A DNA stretch of 64,000 nt from Candidatus Omnitrophota bacterium (lineage in GTDB: Bacteria > Omnitrophota > Omnitrophia > Omnitrophales > Aquincolibacteriaceae). The notes under the pieces are model-generated. The model ran no database searches. It was not told the origin of the DNA and saw nothing but the letters and a program-made list of their open reading frames with translations. Both the position numbers and the translations under genes were made by a program. The stretch's first letter is position 1; each line of letters starts with the position of its first letter. Where the stretch lies: positions 252 to 64,251 of the forward strand of contig CAISGE010000023.1 of assembly GCA_903884815.1 (NCBI GenBank), given 5' to 3'. Positions 9,659-20,278 of this stretch are shown in pieces.

Positions 9659-11064
9659 GGATTCACCTTTAGGGTCCGGACGTCCACAAAATGCCCGGCC
9701 ACGGCCGCGGCAGCCGCCATTTCAGCCCCCACAAGATGGGAACGGCCTCCTTTGCCCTGGCGTCCCTCGAAATTGCGGTTCGAAGTCGACGCGCACCGCT
9801 CCCCCGGCTTCAGCTGGTCCGGGTTCATGGCAAGACACATACTGCAGCCTGATTCGCGCCATTCGCAACCGGCCGCCTTAAAGATCTTATCGAGCCCCTC
9901 GGCTTCCGCCTGGGCCTTAACTTGTTGCGAACCCGGTACCGCGAGTACGCGAACCCCCGGGGCGACTTTATGACCTTTTAAATATTTCGCCGCCGCCCGG
10001 AAATCCTCGATACGCCCATTCGTGCAACTTCCGATAAAAACGGTATCGATCTTGATATCCGTGATCTTCATGCCGGACTTAAGCCCCATATAGCTCAGCG
10101 CTTTTTCCACATCCTCTTTATGATACCCTGGCACCTGATCCAACTGCGGCACGACCCCCTCGACACCCGTAACCATACCCGGGCTTGTCCCCCAAGTCAC
10201 CTGGGGGGAGATCTCGGAGGCGTCTATTGTGAGCTCTTTATCGAATTTTGCCCCGGCATCGCTGGGAAGCGTTTTCCAGTACGTGATCGCCTTTTCAAGA
10301 TCCTTGCCTTTGGGGGCATAGGGACGTTCGGTCTCTGTGAAATATTTAAAAGTTGTTTCGTCCGGGGCGATCATACCGCTTCGCGCGCCGGCCTCGATCG
10401 CCATATTGCAAAGGGTCATACGCGCCTCCATCGAAAGCGCACGAATGGCCTCGCCGCAGAACTCGATCGCACAACCGGTACCTCCCGCGGTCCCAATCAT
10501 GCCAATCAGCTTCAAGATCAAGTCTTTGGCCGTAACCGGATATTTTACCTGGCCCGTGAACTCCACTTTAAAGGTCTTGGGTTTTTTCTGAAGGAGGCAC
10601 TGGGTCGCGAACACGTGCTCGACTTCGGAGGTTCCGATCCCGAACGCGAGAGCCCCAAAGGCGCCGTGCGTAGCGGTGTGAGAATCCCCGCAAACGATCG
10701 TGGTCCCCGGAAGGGTGATCCCGAGCTCCGGCCCGACAATGTGCACCACCCCCTGTTTGTCACTGTGAAGATCAAAAAGTGTCACGCCGAACTCTTTGCA
10801 GTTCTTGGAAAGCGCTTCGATCTGGGCTTTCGCGATAACGTCCTTGATATTAAAACGATCCTGAGTGGGAACATTGTGATCCATGGTCGCGAAGGTCAAC
10901 TCGGGACGGCGCACCCTTCGACCCGAAAGACGAAGTCCCTCGAATGCCTGAGCGCTCGTCACTTCATGGACCAGTTGGCGATCGATGTAAAGGAGCGTCG
11001 TTCCGTCCTGAAAGGTCGTAACGACATGAGCATCCCAGATTTTTTCAAAAAGTGTTTTTGCCAT
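9655..11064 (-). CDS. leuC: 3-isopropylmalate dehydratase large subunit
   Basis: 469 aa aconitase-family protein with Fe-S ligand cysteines (…GSCTNGR…CSMC…). Confidence 0.92.
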   Translation of the reverse strand: MAKTLFEKIWDAHVVTTFQDGTTLLYIDRQLVHEVTSAQAFEGLRLSGRRVRRPELTFATMDHNVPTQDRFNIKDVIAKAQIEALSKNCKEFGVTLFDLHSDKQGVVHIVGPELGITLPGTTIVCGDSHTATHGAFGALAFGIGTSEVEHVFATQCLLQKKPKTFKVEFTGQVKYPVTAKDLILKLIGMIGTAGGTGCAIEFCGEAIRALSMEARMTLCNMAIEAGARSGMIAPDETTFKYFTETERPYAPKGKDLEKAITYWKTLPSDAGAKFDKELTIDASEISPQVTWGTSPGMVTGVEGVVPQLDQVPGYHKEDVEKALSYMGLKSGMKITDIKIDTVFIGSCTNGRIEDFRAAAKYLKGHKVAPGVRVLAVPGSQQVKAQAEAEGLDKIFKAAGCEWRESGCSMCLAMNPDQLKPGERCASTSNRNFEGRQGKGGRSHLVGAEMAAAAAVAGHFVDVRTLKVNP

Positions 11065-11208
11065 AAGAAAGATGATTATATGAATTTACGCTAAATTCGC
11101 AAGGAATTCGAAAAAAGATCAGGTGATGGGGAACAAAGCGAAAATCCAATACTTGCGTTTTCGTTGCCCGTTCCCCGTTTCCCGAGATTCATCCTTGATG
11201 CAAAGAAC

Positions 11209-11237
11209 TTGCGTCCTATCCCCGAATCGGACATAAT
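11209..11237 (+). promoter_or_regulatory. Putative sigma70-type promoter (TTGCGT-17-CATAAT) for TMTC-like gene 1
   Basis: -35 TTGCGT (11209-11214), 17-bp spacer, -10 CATAAT (11232-11237), about 30 nt upstream of the ATG. The same architecture is conserved upstream of the paralog. Confidence 0.35.
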
Positions 11238-11265
11238 CCGCGTCGAACTTCAACCTTGAGACTCT

Positions 11266-13056
11266 ATGAACTCAAAACCGATTTCCATCCGGATGTGTTT
11301 TCTCCTGATTCTTTTCTTTGGGATCGCGGCCTATGCCAATACCTTCAACGTCCCTTTTCAGTATGACGCGGCCTCTCTTCTAACAGAACAAACCTTTCAG
11401 CCCCCTTTCAATTCCGGAAAGATCTGGAACGTCCTTCCTTCCCGTTTTGTCGCGCATACAAGCTTCGCCCTTCAATTCGCCATCACCGGTTCAGCACCGT
11501 GGGGTTTTCATGTCGTCAATTTACTCATCCATTTGCTGACGACGCTTGCTGTCTTTGGAACCACCCGTTTGCTTCTTCGGACACCGGCGCTCCGAGGAAC
11601 AATTCCTCCGGAGCAACACGATGTGTTCTCTTTGGCATCCGCCCTTCTGTTCCTGACCCACCCCCTTCAAACGGAATCCGTCACTTATATTGTGCAGCGT
11701 TTGACCTCTCTGGCCTCTCTTTTCTACTTGGCTACTCTGTGGATGTATCTTAAAGCGCGTCTCGAAGACGCCCGCCACTATCGGGTTGTTTTCCTCTTCA
11801 TGCTTGCGGCCATGATGAGCAAAGAAATCAGCTTCACAATCCCTTTCGCGATCCTCCTCGTGGATTTTTGCTTTTTTCCGCTTTCTGAAAAGGAAACGGT
11901 GCTCGCGAAACTTCTTCGTTGGCTGCCATTCGCCGCTTTCCTTTTGGGCATACTGCTTTTGTTCTATCTCACATCGGCAGGTAGATTCGAGAGCTCTCAT
12001 GCCGCCGTCAACACGACAACATCCCGGTGGTGCTATCTTTTGACCCAGTTCCGCGTCCTAAGAACCTACTTGCGCCTTCTTGTTTTCCCGGTCAATCAAT
12101 GCGTCGATTACGATTATCGGCTTTCGTCAGGCAGGGGCGATCTTGATACGTGGGCAGCATTTTACTTGCTCTTCAATGTTTTCCTCTTAGCCATTGCCTT
12201 TTTAAAAAAATATCGCCTTTTGGCGTTCGGTGTTTTATGGTTCTTCCTGACCTTGAGCGTCGAATCAACCGTCATCCCACTTAAAGACCTCATCGTCGAG
12301 CATCGCCTATATCTTCCGATGTTTGGATTTTCTCTTTTTTTCTCATCCCTTTTATGGCAGGCCGCTCGGTCCCCTGCCCGTTTCCTAGCCATCGTCCTAG
12401 CCCTCGCCGTGGTCTTATCCGGAATGACCTATGCGCGCAACGAAGTGTGGCAGAGTCCTTTCACCTTATGGCGGGATACAGTAAAAAGATCCCCCCACAA
12501 GTGGCGTCCCTACAGCAAACTAGGCGAGGCCTACATGTCAGAATTGAATGATGATAAAACCGCGCTTTTTTATTTCCACAAAGCCCTAGAGACGGGAGGT
12601 TCCTCAGCAGGGATGCTCGCTAATATGTCTACAGCCTATTTTCGCCTTAAAAACCCTACCGCGGGCACCTTTTACCACGATTGGGCAAATTCCATCATGG
12701 ATCCGCGAGACCAAGCGGCTCAAGTTGTCCTTTACGGGAACGAAGCAGTTACTTTGAGAAACGAAAAGAAGATACCCGAAGCCATCACCTCTCTCAAGAA
12801 AGCCCTCGCGATTAACTCTCAATACCAGCGCGCCCCCATTCTAATTCTGTTAGGAGAATTTTATCGAGAATCGGGACAAGAGGACGCCGCTATCGCTGCT
12901 TTTCGCCAGGCCATCGAAGCAGCCCCCGCATCCAAGGAGGGTTATGACGCCCTGGCGCTTCTTTATAAGGAAAAAGGAGAAAATCAAAAAGCCTTGGCGG
13001 TCATCATAGAATATCTGAGATTCAAGCAAAAACACAAACAGCTATTTGGCAATTAA
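11266..13056 (+). CDS. TMTC-like membrane glycosyltransferase (DUF1736-type polytopic N-domain + C-terminal TPR repeats)
   Basis: 596 aa with ~10 TM helices including the HRLYLP motif, followed by TPR repeats. Architecture matches TMTC/PMT-like O-mannosyltransferases. Confidence 0.6.
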   Translation: MNSKPISIRMCFLLILFFGIAAYANTFNVPFQYDAASLLTEQTFQPPFNSGKIWNVLPSRFVAHTSFALQFAITGSAPWGFHVVNLLIHLLTTLAVFGTTRLLLRTPALRGTIPPEQHDVFSLASALLFLTHPLQTESVTYIVQRLTSLASLFYLATLWMYLKARLEDARHYRVVFLFMLAAMMSKEISFTIPFAILLVDFCFFPLSEKETVLAKLLRWLPFAAFLLGILLLFYLTSAGRFESSHAAVNTTTSRWCYLLTQFRVLRTYLRLLVFPVNQCVDYDYRLSSGRGDLDTWAAFYLLFNVFLLAIAFLKKYRLLAFGVLWFFLTLSVESTVIPLKDLIVEHRLYLPMFGFSLFFSSLLWQAARSPARFLAIVLALAVVLSGMTYARNEVWQSPFTLWRDTVKRSPHKWRPYSKLGEAYMSELNDDKTALFYFHKALETGGSSAGMLANMSTAYFRLKNPTAGTFYHDWANSIMDPRDQAAQVVLYGNEAVTLRNEKKIPEAITSLKKALAINSQYQRAPILILLGEFYRESGQEDAAIAAFRQAIEAAPASKEGYDALALLYKEKGENQKALAVIIEYLRFKQKHKQLFGN

Positions 13057-13154
13057 ATTCAAAAAACCGGGAAATCGAAATCGCTGGTGAATTCCAAGTT
13101 TCATTTTACGCTCCCCGTGGTTTATTCCCCAGCTTCGCGATTAATTCAAACCCC

Positions 13155-13183
13155 TTGTGTCCTTTCCTAGAATCAGACATAAT
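13155..13183 (+). promoter_or_regulatory. Putative sigma70-type promoter (TTGTGT-17-CATAAT) for TMTC-like gene 2
   Basis: Same -35/17 bp/-10 architecture as at 11209-11237. The upstream region was duplicated along with the gene. Confidence 0.35.
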
Positions 13184-13212
13184 CCACCTTAATACTTCAA
13201 CCCTGAGACTGT

Positions 13213-15006
13213 ATGGACTCAAAACCGCTCTCCATCCGAATGTGTTTTCTCCTGATCCTTTTCTTCGGAATCGCGGCCTATTCCAACACCTTCAACAGTC
13301 CGTTCCATTTTGATGACATCCCCAGCATCCTGGAACATCGCCGTCTTCATCCTCTGAATCTTGGGCAGCTTTGGAATTACATGCCGCCCCGTTTTATCTC
13401 GTATCTCAGCTTGGCCCTCAACATTTACATTTCGGGTTTCGAGACATGGAGCTTTCACATCCTGAATCTTCTGATCCACATCCTTTCGGCGTGGGTCGTC
13501 TTCAGGCTCACGCTCTTGATCCTCGCCACCCCTTCCATAAAAGATCTCGTACTCCCTTCCCAGCAAAATCTTTTTGCCCTCGCGCCGGCACTCTTGTTCC
13601 TGACCCATCCTCTTCAGACGCAGGCTGTCACCTACATTGTCCAGCGCATGGCATCGCTGGCGACTCTTTTTTACTTAGCAACCCTTTTGATGTATCTCAA
13701 GGCCAGGCTTGAGGAGGCCCGCAACTACCGGCTGGTGTTTCTTTTCATGCTGGCGGCCATGCTGTGCAAGCAGATCAGCTTCACACTCCCTTTCGCGATC
13801 CTGCTTATGGACTTTTATTTTTTCCCTCTCTCTGAAAAAGAAACGGTTCGCGTAAAAATTCTTCGTTGGCTGCCCTACGCCGCTTTTCTTTTGATCCTTT
13901 TAGCACCTTACTGGATCACCACCTACAAAAACCTCATCCATACGGGGGAACTGAAGGGCATTCTCCCCAGCAGCCAGACAACCCTATCCCGTTGGGACTA
14001 TCTTCTGACTGAATTCCGGGTCCTAAGAACTTATTTGCGCCTTCTTGTCTTGCCGATCGGCCAATGCCTTTTCTATGATTATCGGCTTTCAACAGGACGC
14101 GGCGATCCCGACACTTGGGTGGCTTTTACGTTGCTCCTCAGCCTTTTCAGTCTAGCCATCGCTCTTTCTAAGAAAAATCGGCTCCTCTCGTTCGGTATCT
14201 TATGGTTCTTTCTAACCCTCAGCGTCGAATCAACGATCGTCCCTCTCGACGATGTGATCTTTGAACACCGACTTTATCTCCCGATGTTCGGCTTCGCTCT
14301 CGCCCTCACATCCCTTTTATGGCGGGTGACCCGGTCTCCCAAAATCTTCGCGGCCGTTCTACTATCTCTTGTGGTAATACTTTCAGGCATGACCTATTTT
14401 CGAAATGAAGTCTGGAAAACCAAGCTTGCGCTTAGCTGGGACATCGCAAAAAAATGCCCGAACAAAGGCGTCTCCTATGCGGGGTTAGGCGATGCCTACA
14501 GCCGGGAAGCGAAAGATGACAGGACCGCGGTGATCTATTATGAAAAGGCGTTGGCATTGGGATATGTCAATCCGTTCGGTTACTACAACTTATACGCCTG
14601 TTACGGCCGGCTTGGCGATCAGAAAAAGAGCTCTCATTATGATAAATTGTTCCGAGGATTCGCGGGTCCGGTCAAAGATTTTGCTTCTAATTATGATCAT
14701 GCATTAGCGATGATAAGCGAGGGGAAAGACACAGAAGCCATCGAAGCATTTAAAAAAGCCATCCGGGTTGATCCGAGTTATCCTATGGCCCACATCCGTC
14801 TGGGAGAAACTTATCTAAAAATGCAGCGCGAGCAGGAGGCCATTTTCTCTTTCAAAAAAGCCATTGAGGTATCGCCGCTAGACAAGGCGGGGTATGACGC
14901 CCTGGCCCTTTTTTATAAGGCCAAGGGAGAGGATCAAAAAGCCTTGGCCGTCATGGTCGACTATGTGAAGTGTCAAAAGAGGCACAAGCCTTTGTTTGGC
15001 GGCTGA
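13213..15006 (+). CDS. TMTC-like membrane glycosyltransferase, tandem paralog
   Basis: 597 aa, colinear with 11266-13056 and clearly homologous; N-terminus nearly identical (MDSKPLSIRMCFLLILFFGIAAY). Confidence 0.6.
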   Translation: MDSKPLSIRMCFLLILFFGIAAYSNTFNSPFHFDDIPSILEHRRLHPLNLGQLWNYMPPRFISYLSLALNIYISGFETWSFHILNLLIHILSAWVVFRLTLLILATPSIKDLVLPSQQNLFALAPALLFLTHPLQTQAVTYIVQRMASLATLFYLATLLMYLKARLEEARNYRLVFLFMLAAMLCKQISFTLPFAILLMDFYFFPLSEKETVRVKILRWLPYAAFLLILLAPYWITTYKNLIHTGELKGILPSSQTTLSRWDYLLTEFRVLRTYLRLLVLPIGQCLFYDYRLSTGRGDPDTWVAFTLLLSLFSLAIALSKKNRLLSFGILWFFLTLSVESTIVPLDDVIFEHRLYLPMFGFALALTSLLWRVTRSPKIFAAVLLSLVVILSGMTYFRNEVWKTKLALSWDIAKKCPNKGVSYAGLGDAYSREAKDDRTAVIYYEKALALGYVNPFGYYNLYACYGRLGDQKKSSHYDKLFRGFAGPVKDFASNYDHALAMISEGKDTEAIEAFKKAIRVDPSYPMAHIRLGETYLKMQREQEAIFSFKKAIEVSPLDKAGYDALALFYKAKGEDQKALAVMVDYVKCQKRHKPLFGG

Positions 15007-15102
15007 AAGTTCCGGCCATCCTGGAAAACGGTTTTCCGTTCGGCATTCCCCGTCGAACGCCCGCCCTCCACAGACAATCTCCTGTGACCTTCCCCTGAGT
15101 TA

Positions 15103-16194
15103 CTAAAACAGTTCCCCTTGTGCAGACGGTGGAATTTCATCTTTGCTTTTCAGCCCGCTGATCCCGAGGCCGAGAAGCCGGATCGGTTTCCGGCCGGCGA
15201 GCGTTTTCCTCTTTAATAGATCGCAGGCGATCTCATCAAGCACATGCCAATCCCCCGGAGGCGCGGTAAGGGTCCTGGATCGCGTGATTTGTTCAAAGTC
15301 ATGGTATTTCACTTTGAGCACGACCGTCCGTCCCGTCCGGCCTTCCTGTTTCAGATCATAGAAAACATGCTCGGCGAGTTGGGCGAGCTTCCGCCTAAGC
15401 CACGGGATATCCGTCATGTCTTTGGGGAATGTTTCCTCCGCACTCAGCTGTGTCCGTTCCCAAAAAGGATTCACGTCCCGGTCCTCTTCTCCCCGCGCCC
15501 GATGGAAAAGCTCAAGTCCCCACTTCCCGAGCTTCGCCGTAAGATCTTGCGGCTTCATGTCCCAAATGTCCCCGCAAGTTTCCAGCGTCATGCCGTGCAA
15601 GATCTCCTCCGTACGCGGTCCTACGCCTGGGATCTTCCGGACCGGAAGATCCTTGAGGAACTCCAGAACCATGTCCGGATACACCACGGTGAGGCCGTCC
15701 GGTTTTTGCATATCGGAAGCGATCTTGGCAAGAAACATCGCGGGAGCCACCCCCGCGGAAGCGGTGAGTTTTGTCACGGCGAAGATATGTTGCTTGATGA
15801 GCGCTGCGAGCTTGACGGGATCTTCGAGCTTGAGTTTGTTCTCAACGACATCGAGATAGGCCTCGTCGAGTGAAAGCTGCTCGACGAGAGGCGTATAGGT
15901 ATGCAAGATGGCCATGATGGATTGTGAAGCGGCGTTGTATTTTTCAAAGTCAGGATAGAGGAAAACACCCTGGGGGCAGAGGCGCTTGGCCTGCGCGGTC
16001 GGCATGGCAGAATGGACGCCGAATTTGCGGGCTTCATAGGAGCAGGTACTCACGACACTGCGACTATTCGGGTCCCCGCCGATGATCACGGGCTTGCCCT
16101 TAAGAGAGGAATCATCACGTTGCTCCACAGCCGCAAAGAACGCGTCCATGTCGAGATGGATGAATTTACGGGGCCAACGCATAACGACGGTCAA
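15103..16194 (-). CDS. dinB: DNA polymerase IV (Y-family)
   Basis: IHLDMDAFFAAVE catalytic motif plus Y-family palm/fingers/little-finger organisation. True start may be the Met at 16182. Confidence 0.85.
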   Translation of the reverse strand: MTVVMRWPRKFIHLDMDAFFAAVEQRDDSSLKGKPVIIGGDPNSRSVVSTCSYEARKFGVHSAMPTAQAKRLCPQGVFLYPDFEKYNAASQSIMAILHTYTPLVEQLSLDEAYLDVVENKLKLEDPVKLAALIKQHIFAVTKLTASAGVAPAMFLAKIASDMQKPDGLTVVYPDMVLEFLKDLPVRKIPGVGPRTEEILHGMTLETCGDIWDMKPQDLTAKLGKWGLELFHRARGEEDRDVNPFWERTQLSAEETFPKDMTDIPWLRRKLAQLAEHVFYDLKQEGRTGRTVVLKVKYHDFEQITRSRTLTAPPGDWHVLDEIACDLLKRKTLAGRKPIRLLGLGISGLKSKDEIPPSAQGELF

Positions 16195-16275
16195 CGGTCA
16201 ACGCACAACGAAAATGCTCTTATGCCTTTTACGTTGACCGTTGGCCGTTGCACGTTGCCCCCGATAGCGGAACAG

Positions 16276-17958
16276 TTAAAGAGAGGAGATAAGTGAATGT
16301 AACTCGACGAGCTTTGTTTCGCCCGTCTGGCGATGCTTAACCTCGACCTTCCCTTCTTTGAGGCTGCGTTCGCCGACGATGATCTGGGTGGGAATGCCAA
16401 CCAGGTCCGCGTCATTGAACTTTACGCCGGCCCGTTCATCGCGATCATCAAAAAGAACGTCCTTGCCGGCTTTCGTCAGCTCTTCATAGATCTTCTCCGC
16501 GGCCGCCCGGACTTTCTCGTCCGCGTGGTTCACTGTGATGACCTCGATCGCGAACGGAGCAATAGCCTCGGGCCACTTGATGCCCTTTAAGTCGTGATGC
16601 TGTTCGATCGTGGCGGCCAGAATTCGGTTCACGCCGATCCCGTAGCAGCCCATGATCGCGGGCTTACGTCCCCCTTTTTCATCCAGGAAATGAGCGCCAA
16701 TAGACTCCGAGTAGCGGGTGCCGAGTTTGAAGATATGACCGATCTCCATACTGGTCGTAAGCGCGAGTTTGCTCTTGCCGTCGGGAGCCAGGTCGCCGTC
16801 TTTGACGAAGCGAATGTCGCCTGTGGCCGTCGGCGTAAAATCGCGCCCAATCGTAACGCCCTTCATGTGCTTGTCCTTCTGATTCCCGCCCGTCACAGCG
16901 TCCGCGATCCCGAGAATATCCCAGTCCGCGTAAAACGGGATCTTGAGTCCCACCGGCCCAGCAAATCCTACCGGTGCTCCCGTGGCTTCCAGGATCTCGT
17001 GTCCGTCCGCCTGGCGCAGTTCCTTGGCCCCGACCAGCTTCTTGAGCTTCCCTTCATTGACTTCGCTATCCCCCGTCACAAGCGCAGCGACGGCTTTTCC
17101 ATCGGCCATAAAAATAAGCGTCTTGATCATGTGCGAAGGCTTGACCTTGTAACGGTGCGAGATCTCTTCGATGGTGCGAAGATTCGGGGTATCGAATAGT
17201 TCCGGGGCCGGAGCCTGGGGCGCAGGCGTTTTCAGATCCGGATTGCCGCGGGTGGCAATATCCTGGCTCGCGAGGTAACCGTCTTCGGAACTCGCGACGC
17301 GGTCTTCCCCGTACGGACAGATCACCATGAATTCCTGGCTCATCTTGCCGCCCATCATACCGGTATCCGCGTTCACGACCTGGAACTTGAGGCCGCAGCG
17401 GGTAAAAATCCTCTGGTAGGCGTCGTACATTTTCTGATAATTCGCATCAAGCCCCTTTTCATCGACATCGAAGCTGTAGGCGTCTTTCATGATGAATTCC
17501 TTGGTGCGGATCACGCCGAAGCGCGGGCGGGCCTCGTCACGGAACTTATTCTGGATCTGAAAAAGATTGAGCGGCAGATCGCGGAAGGATTTGATACTGT
17601 TTCCCACGAGATCGGTGATGATTTCCTCATGCGTGGGCCCGAGAACGAACTCATGGCCTGCGCGGTTCTTGAAGGCGATCTTGTCGTCCCCGAGAGTCTC
17701 ATAGCGTCCGGATTTCTTCCAGATCTCGGCGGGATGAAGCGCCGGCAAAAGCACCTCGGAGGCACCGGCCCGGTTCATCTCTTCACGGATGATCCCAATG
17801 ATCTTCAGAAGCGTCCGGAAACCCAGCGGCAGGTAGCTGTAAACCCCGGAAGAAAGCTGGCGGATAAGACCGGCGCGCAGTGCGAGTTGATGGCTGATGG
17901 CTTCGGCATCCTTGGGAATATTGCGGAGACTCGGGATCAGGGTTTGTGTCCAACGCAT
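16276..17958 (-). CDS. proS: Prolyl-tRNA synthetase (bacterial type with INS editing domain)
   Basis: 560 aa with class II aaRS motifs, an INS domain and a C-terminal anticodon-binding domain. Confidence 0.92.
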   Translation of the reverse strand: MRWTQTLIPSLRNIPKDAEAISHQLALRAGLIRQLSSGVYSYLPLGFRTLLKIIGIIREEMNRAGASEVLLPALHPAEIWKKSGRYETLGDDKIAFKNRAGHEFVLGPTHEEIITDLVGNSIKSFRDLPLNLFQIQNKFRDEARPRFGVIRTKEFIMKDAYSFDVDEKGLDANYQKMYDAYQRIFTRCGLKFQVVNADTGMMGGKMSQEFMVICPYGEDRVASSEDGYLASQDIATRGNPDLKTPAPQAPAPELFDTPNLRTIEEISHRYKVKPSHMIKTLIFMADGKAVAALVTGDSEVNEGKLKKLVGAKELRQADGHEILEATGAPVGFAGPVGLKIPFYADWDILGIADAVTGGNQKDKHMKGVTIGRDFTPTATGDIRFVKDGDLAPDGKSKLALTTSMEIGHIFKLGTRYSESIGAHFLDEKGGRKPAIMGCYGIGVNRILAATIEQHHDLKGIKWPEAIAPFAIEVITVNHADEKVRAAAEKIYEELTKAGKDVLFDDRDERAGVKFNDADLVGIPTQIIVGERSLKEGKVEVKHRQTGETKLVELHSLISSL

Positions 17959-18020
17959 ATTTAGTACCTCGCGAGTCGTTAAAGAGGACAGACAGTCACT
18001 GAACGCCTATCCCCATTTGT

Positions 18021-19139
18021 TTATTTTAAATGAAGTAAATGTTTGACCTTATCCAGAATTGAGAGATTCACGGCGTCATTATAAAGGACGAACACCATGA
18101 GCGCCATAAGGAGGAAAAAACCTCCAGTCGTGATCCTCTCCTGCCACACCGGGCTGATACGTTTCCGCGTAATGAGCTCAAAGAGCAGGAACACCAGATG
18201 CCCGCCGTCAAGCGCCGGAAAAGGCAGTAGATTGATCACAGCAAGAGAGACACTCAAGATGGCCAAAAGCTGCAGGAGCGCCGCGATCCCCGCCTTGGCA
18301 GCCTGTCCGCTGATCTGAATGATGCCGAGAGGCCCCATCAGATGCTTGGGTGACACTTGTCCGGTCACGAGATAAAAGAGGGCCTTGTGCGTCAGCACGG
18401 TGTGAAAAGTTTCAAGCTCCCAGGCTTTTGCAATGGCGGCAACGGGACCGTAACGCTCGGAAACGTACACCGCAGGGTCCGGGGTGATCCCAACGCGCTT
18501 CATGTGCGCCGTCTTGCCAAACATATCTTTCGCGTCTTCAACTTTAGGTTTGATCTGGATCGTCAAGAACTCGGGCTGAGCGTTTGGAACCGGTCGCTCG
18601 ATATTCAATTTGATCATCGCCCCAGACGACTCATCGAACCGGTCCAGAATATCCTTCCAGTTCGCGACCACCTGATCATTCACTCTCAGGATCTTGTCAC
18701 TCGGCTTGAGCAAACTGGCTTCGGCGGGATACCCCTTCACAAAGCCGCCGACGACCGTCCCTGGCATCGGCCGGCCGATCACGAACACTGCCCAGAACAC
18801 CACGAACGCCAGCGCGTAATTCATCGCCACGCCGGATACCACGATCAAGATCCGCGAAAGAACGGGAGCCGCAAGAAAATCGCCCGGTTTCGGTCCTTCG
18901 GCTCCCACTTTGGAAGCCTCCTCCCCAGCCGGACTTACGAAACCGCCCAGGGGGAAAAGCGAGATCGAAAAACGCGTCTCACCGGACTTCCAGTGAATGA
19001 GTTCCGGCCCGAATCCGATCGAGAATTTCTCCACGCGGACCTTGGAAAAACGGCAGGCAATGAAATGACCGAACTCGTGAACAATAATGAGAATGCCAAA
19101 AACGATAAGCGCCGGTAAGATCGAAATCATGGAATTCAT
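18021..19139 (-). CDS. rseP: Site-2 protease RseP (M50 zinc metalloprotease with PDZ)
   Basis: HEFGHF HExxH motif in TM1, a PDZ domain, and an LDGG motif. Confidence 0.85.
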   Translation of the reverse strand: MNSMISILPALIVFGILIIVHEFGHFIACRFSKVRVEKFSIGFGPELIHWKSGETRFSISLFPLGGFVSPAGEEASKVGAEGPKPGDFLAAPVLSRILIVVSGVAMNYALAFVVFWAVFVIGRPMPGTVVGGFVKGYPAEASLLKPSDKILRVNDQVVANWKDILDRFDESSGAMIKLNIERPVPNAQPEFLTIQIKPKVEDAKDMFGKTAHMKRVGITPDPAVYVSERYGPVAAIAKAWELETFHTVLTHKALFYLVTGQVSPKHLMGPLGIIQISGQAAKAGIAALLQLLAILSVSLAVINLLPFPALDGGHLVFLLFELITRKRISPVWQERITTGGFFLLMALMVFVLYNDAVNLSILDKVKHLLHLK

Positions 19140-20278
19140 AGAAGCTCCTCGGCAGTTTCTCGAGCCCAGGCATCCGCCGCAAAGATATCGGCCAGGACCG
19201 GTTTATAAATAAGCCGATGCGAACGCATGGTCTTTTCAAGGGTCTTCGGGATCTCGAGAAATCCGATACGCCCGCTCAGAAAGGCCTCGACCGCCACTTC
19301 GTTGGCGGCATTCAGCACCGCGGGCATCGTTCCGCCGATCTTGCTTGCGGTGTAACCCAGGTCGAGACACGGAAAACGTTCCCGGTCCGGCTTCTCAAAA
19401 CGCAGCGAAGCCAGTTGCGTCAGATCAAGCCGCGGCAGATGATCTTCCAGACGTCCCGGATAGCTCAGCGCGTACTGGATCGGAAGGCGCATATCCGTCA
19501 CGCCGAGATGCGCAAGATGGGATCCATCCACGAACTCGACAAGCGCATGAACGATCGCCTCAGGATGCACCAGCACCTCGATCTTCCCGGCAGGAACGCG
19601 GAAAAGGTTGGCCGCCTCGATCACCTCAAGCCCCTTATTCATCATCGTGGCCGAGTCGATCGTGATCTTGGGGCCCATCTTCCACTTCGGATGATTGAGC
19701 GCCTGAGCGGGAGTGATCCTTGCCAAAGACCCTTTCATATTACGGAAAGGTCCTCCGGAGGACGTAATGATAAGTCTTTTTACAAAAGCAGGATCGTGTT
19801 TTTCAAGACACTGCCACAACGCGGAATGTTCGCTATCGATCGGAAGTACCGCCACTCCCGCTTTCTCGGCCGCATCCAGGAGCAGCTTCCCCGCCATCAC
19901 AAGCGGCTCTTTATTGGCGATCGCTACGGTCTTTTTCGCCTGCACGGCGGCAAAAATGGGCTTCAGCCCTGCCGCCCCGACCATCGCGCAAATCACTTCC
20001 TGGACTCCTGGAAGCGTCGCGACTTCCGCGAGCCCCTCATCCCCCGTCACCACGCGGATTTTCAGGCGTTTGAATTTGGGGGCCGCCTTTTGAGCGGCTT
20101 GCGCGTCATAGATACAAACGACTTTGGGACGGAATTCGACGGCCTGATCGTAAAGTTTCGCCGTATTTTTTTTTACAGCAAGCGCCTTGACCGAGAACCG
20201 TTCGGGATGGATACGAATGACGCGAAGGGTATTTTCTCCCACGGAGCCCGTGGAGCCCAGGATCGAAAGATGCTTCAT
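19136..20278 (-). CDS. dxr: 1-deoxy-D-xylulose 5-phosphate reductoisomerase
   Basis: N-terminal GSTGSVG NADPH-binding motif; 380 aa. Confidence 0.92.
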   Translation of the reverse strand: MKHLSILGSTGSVGENTLRVIRIHPERFSVKALAVKKNTAKLYDQAVEFRPKVVCIYDAQAAQKAAPKFKRLKIRVVTGDEGLAEVATLPGVQEVICAMVGAAGLKPIFAAVQAKKTVAIANKEPLVMAGKLLLDAAEKAGVAVLPIDSEHSALWQCLEKHDPAFVKRLIITSSGGPFRNMKGSLARITPAQALNHPKWKMGPKITIDSATMMNKGLEVIEAANLFRVPAGKIEVLVHPEAIVHALVEFVDGSHLAHLGVTDMRLPIQYALSYPGRLEDHLPRLDLTQLASLRFEKPDRERFPCLDLGYTASKIGGTMPAVLNAANEVAVEAFLSGRIGFLEIPKTLEKTMRSHRLIYKPVLADIFAADAWARETAEELL

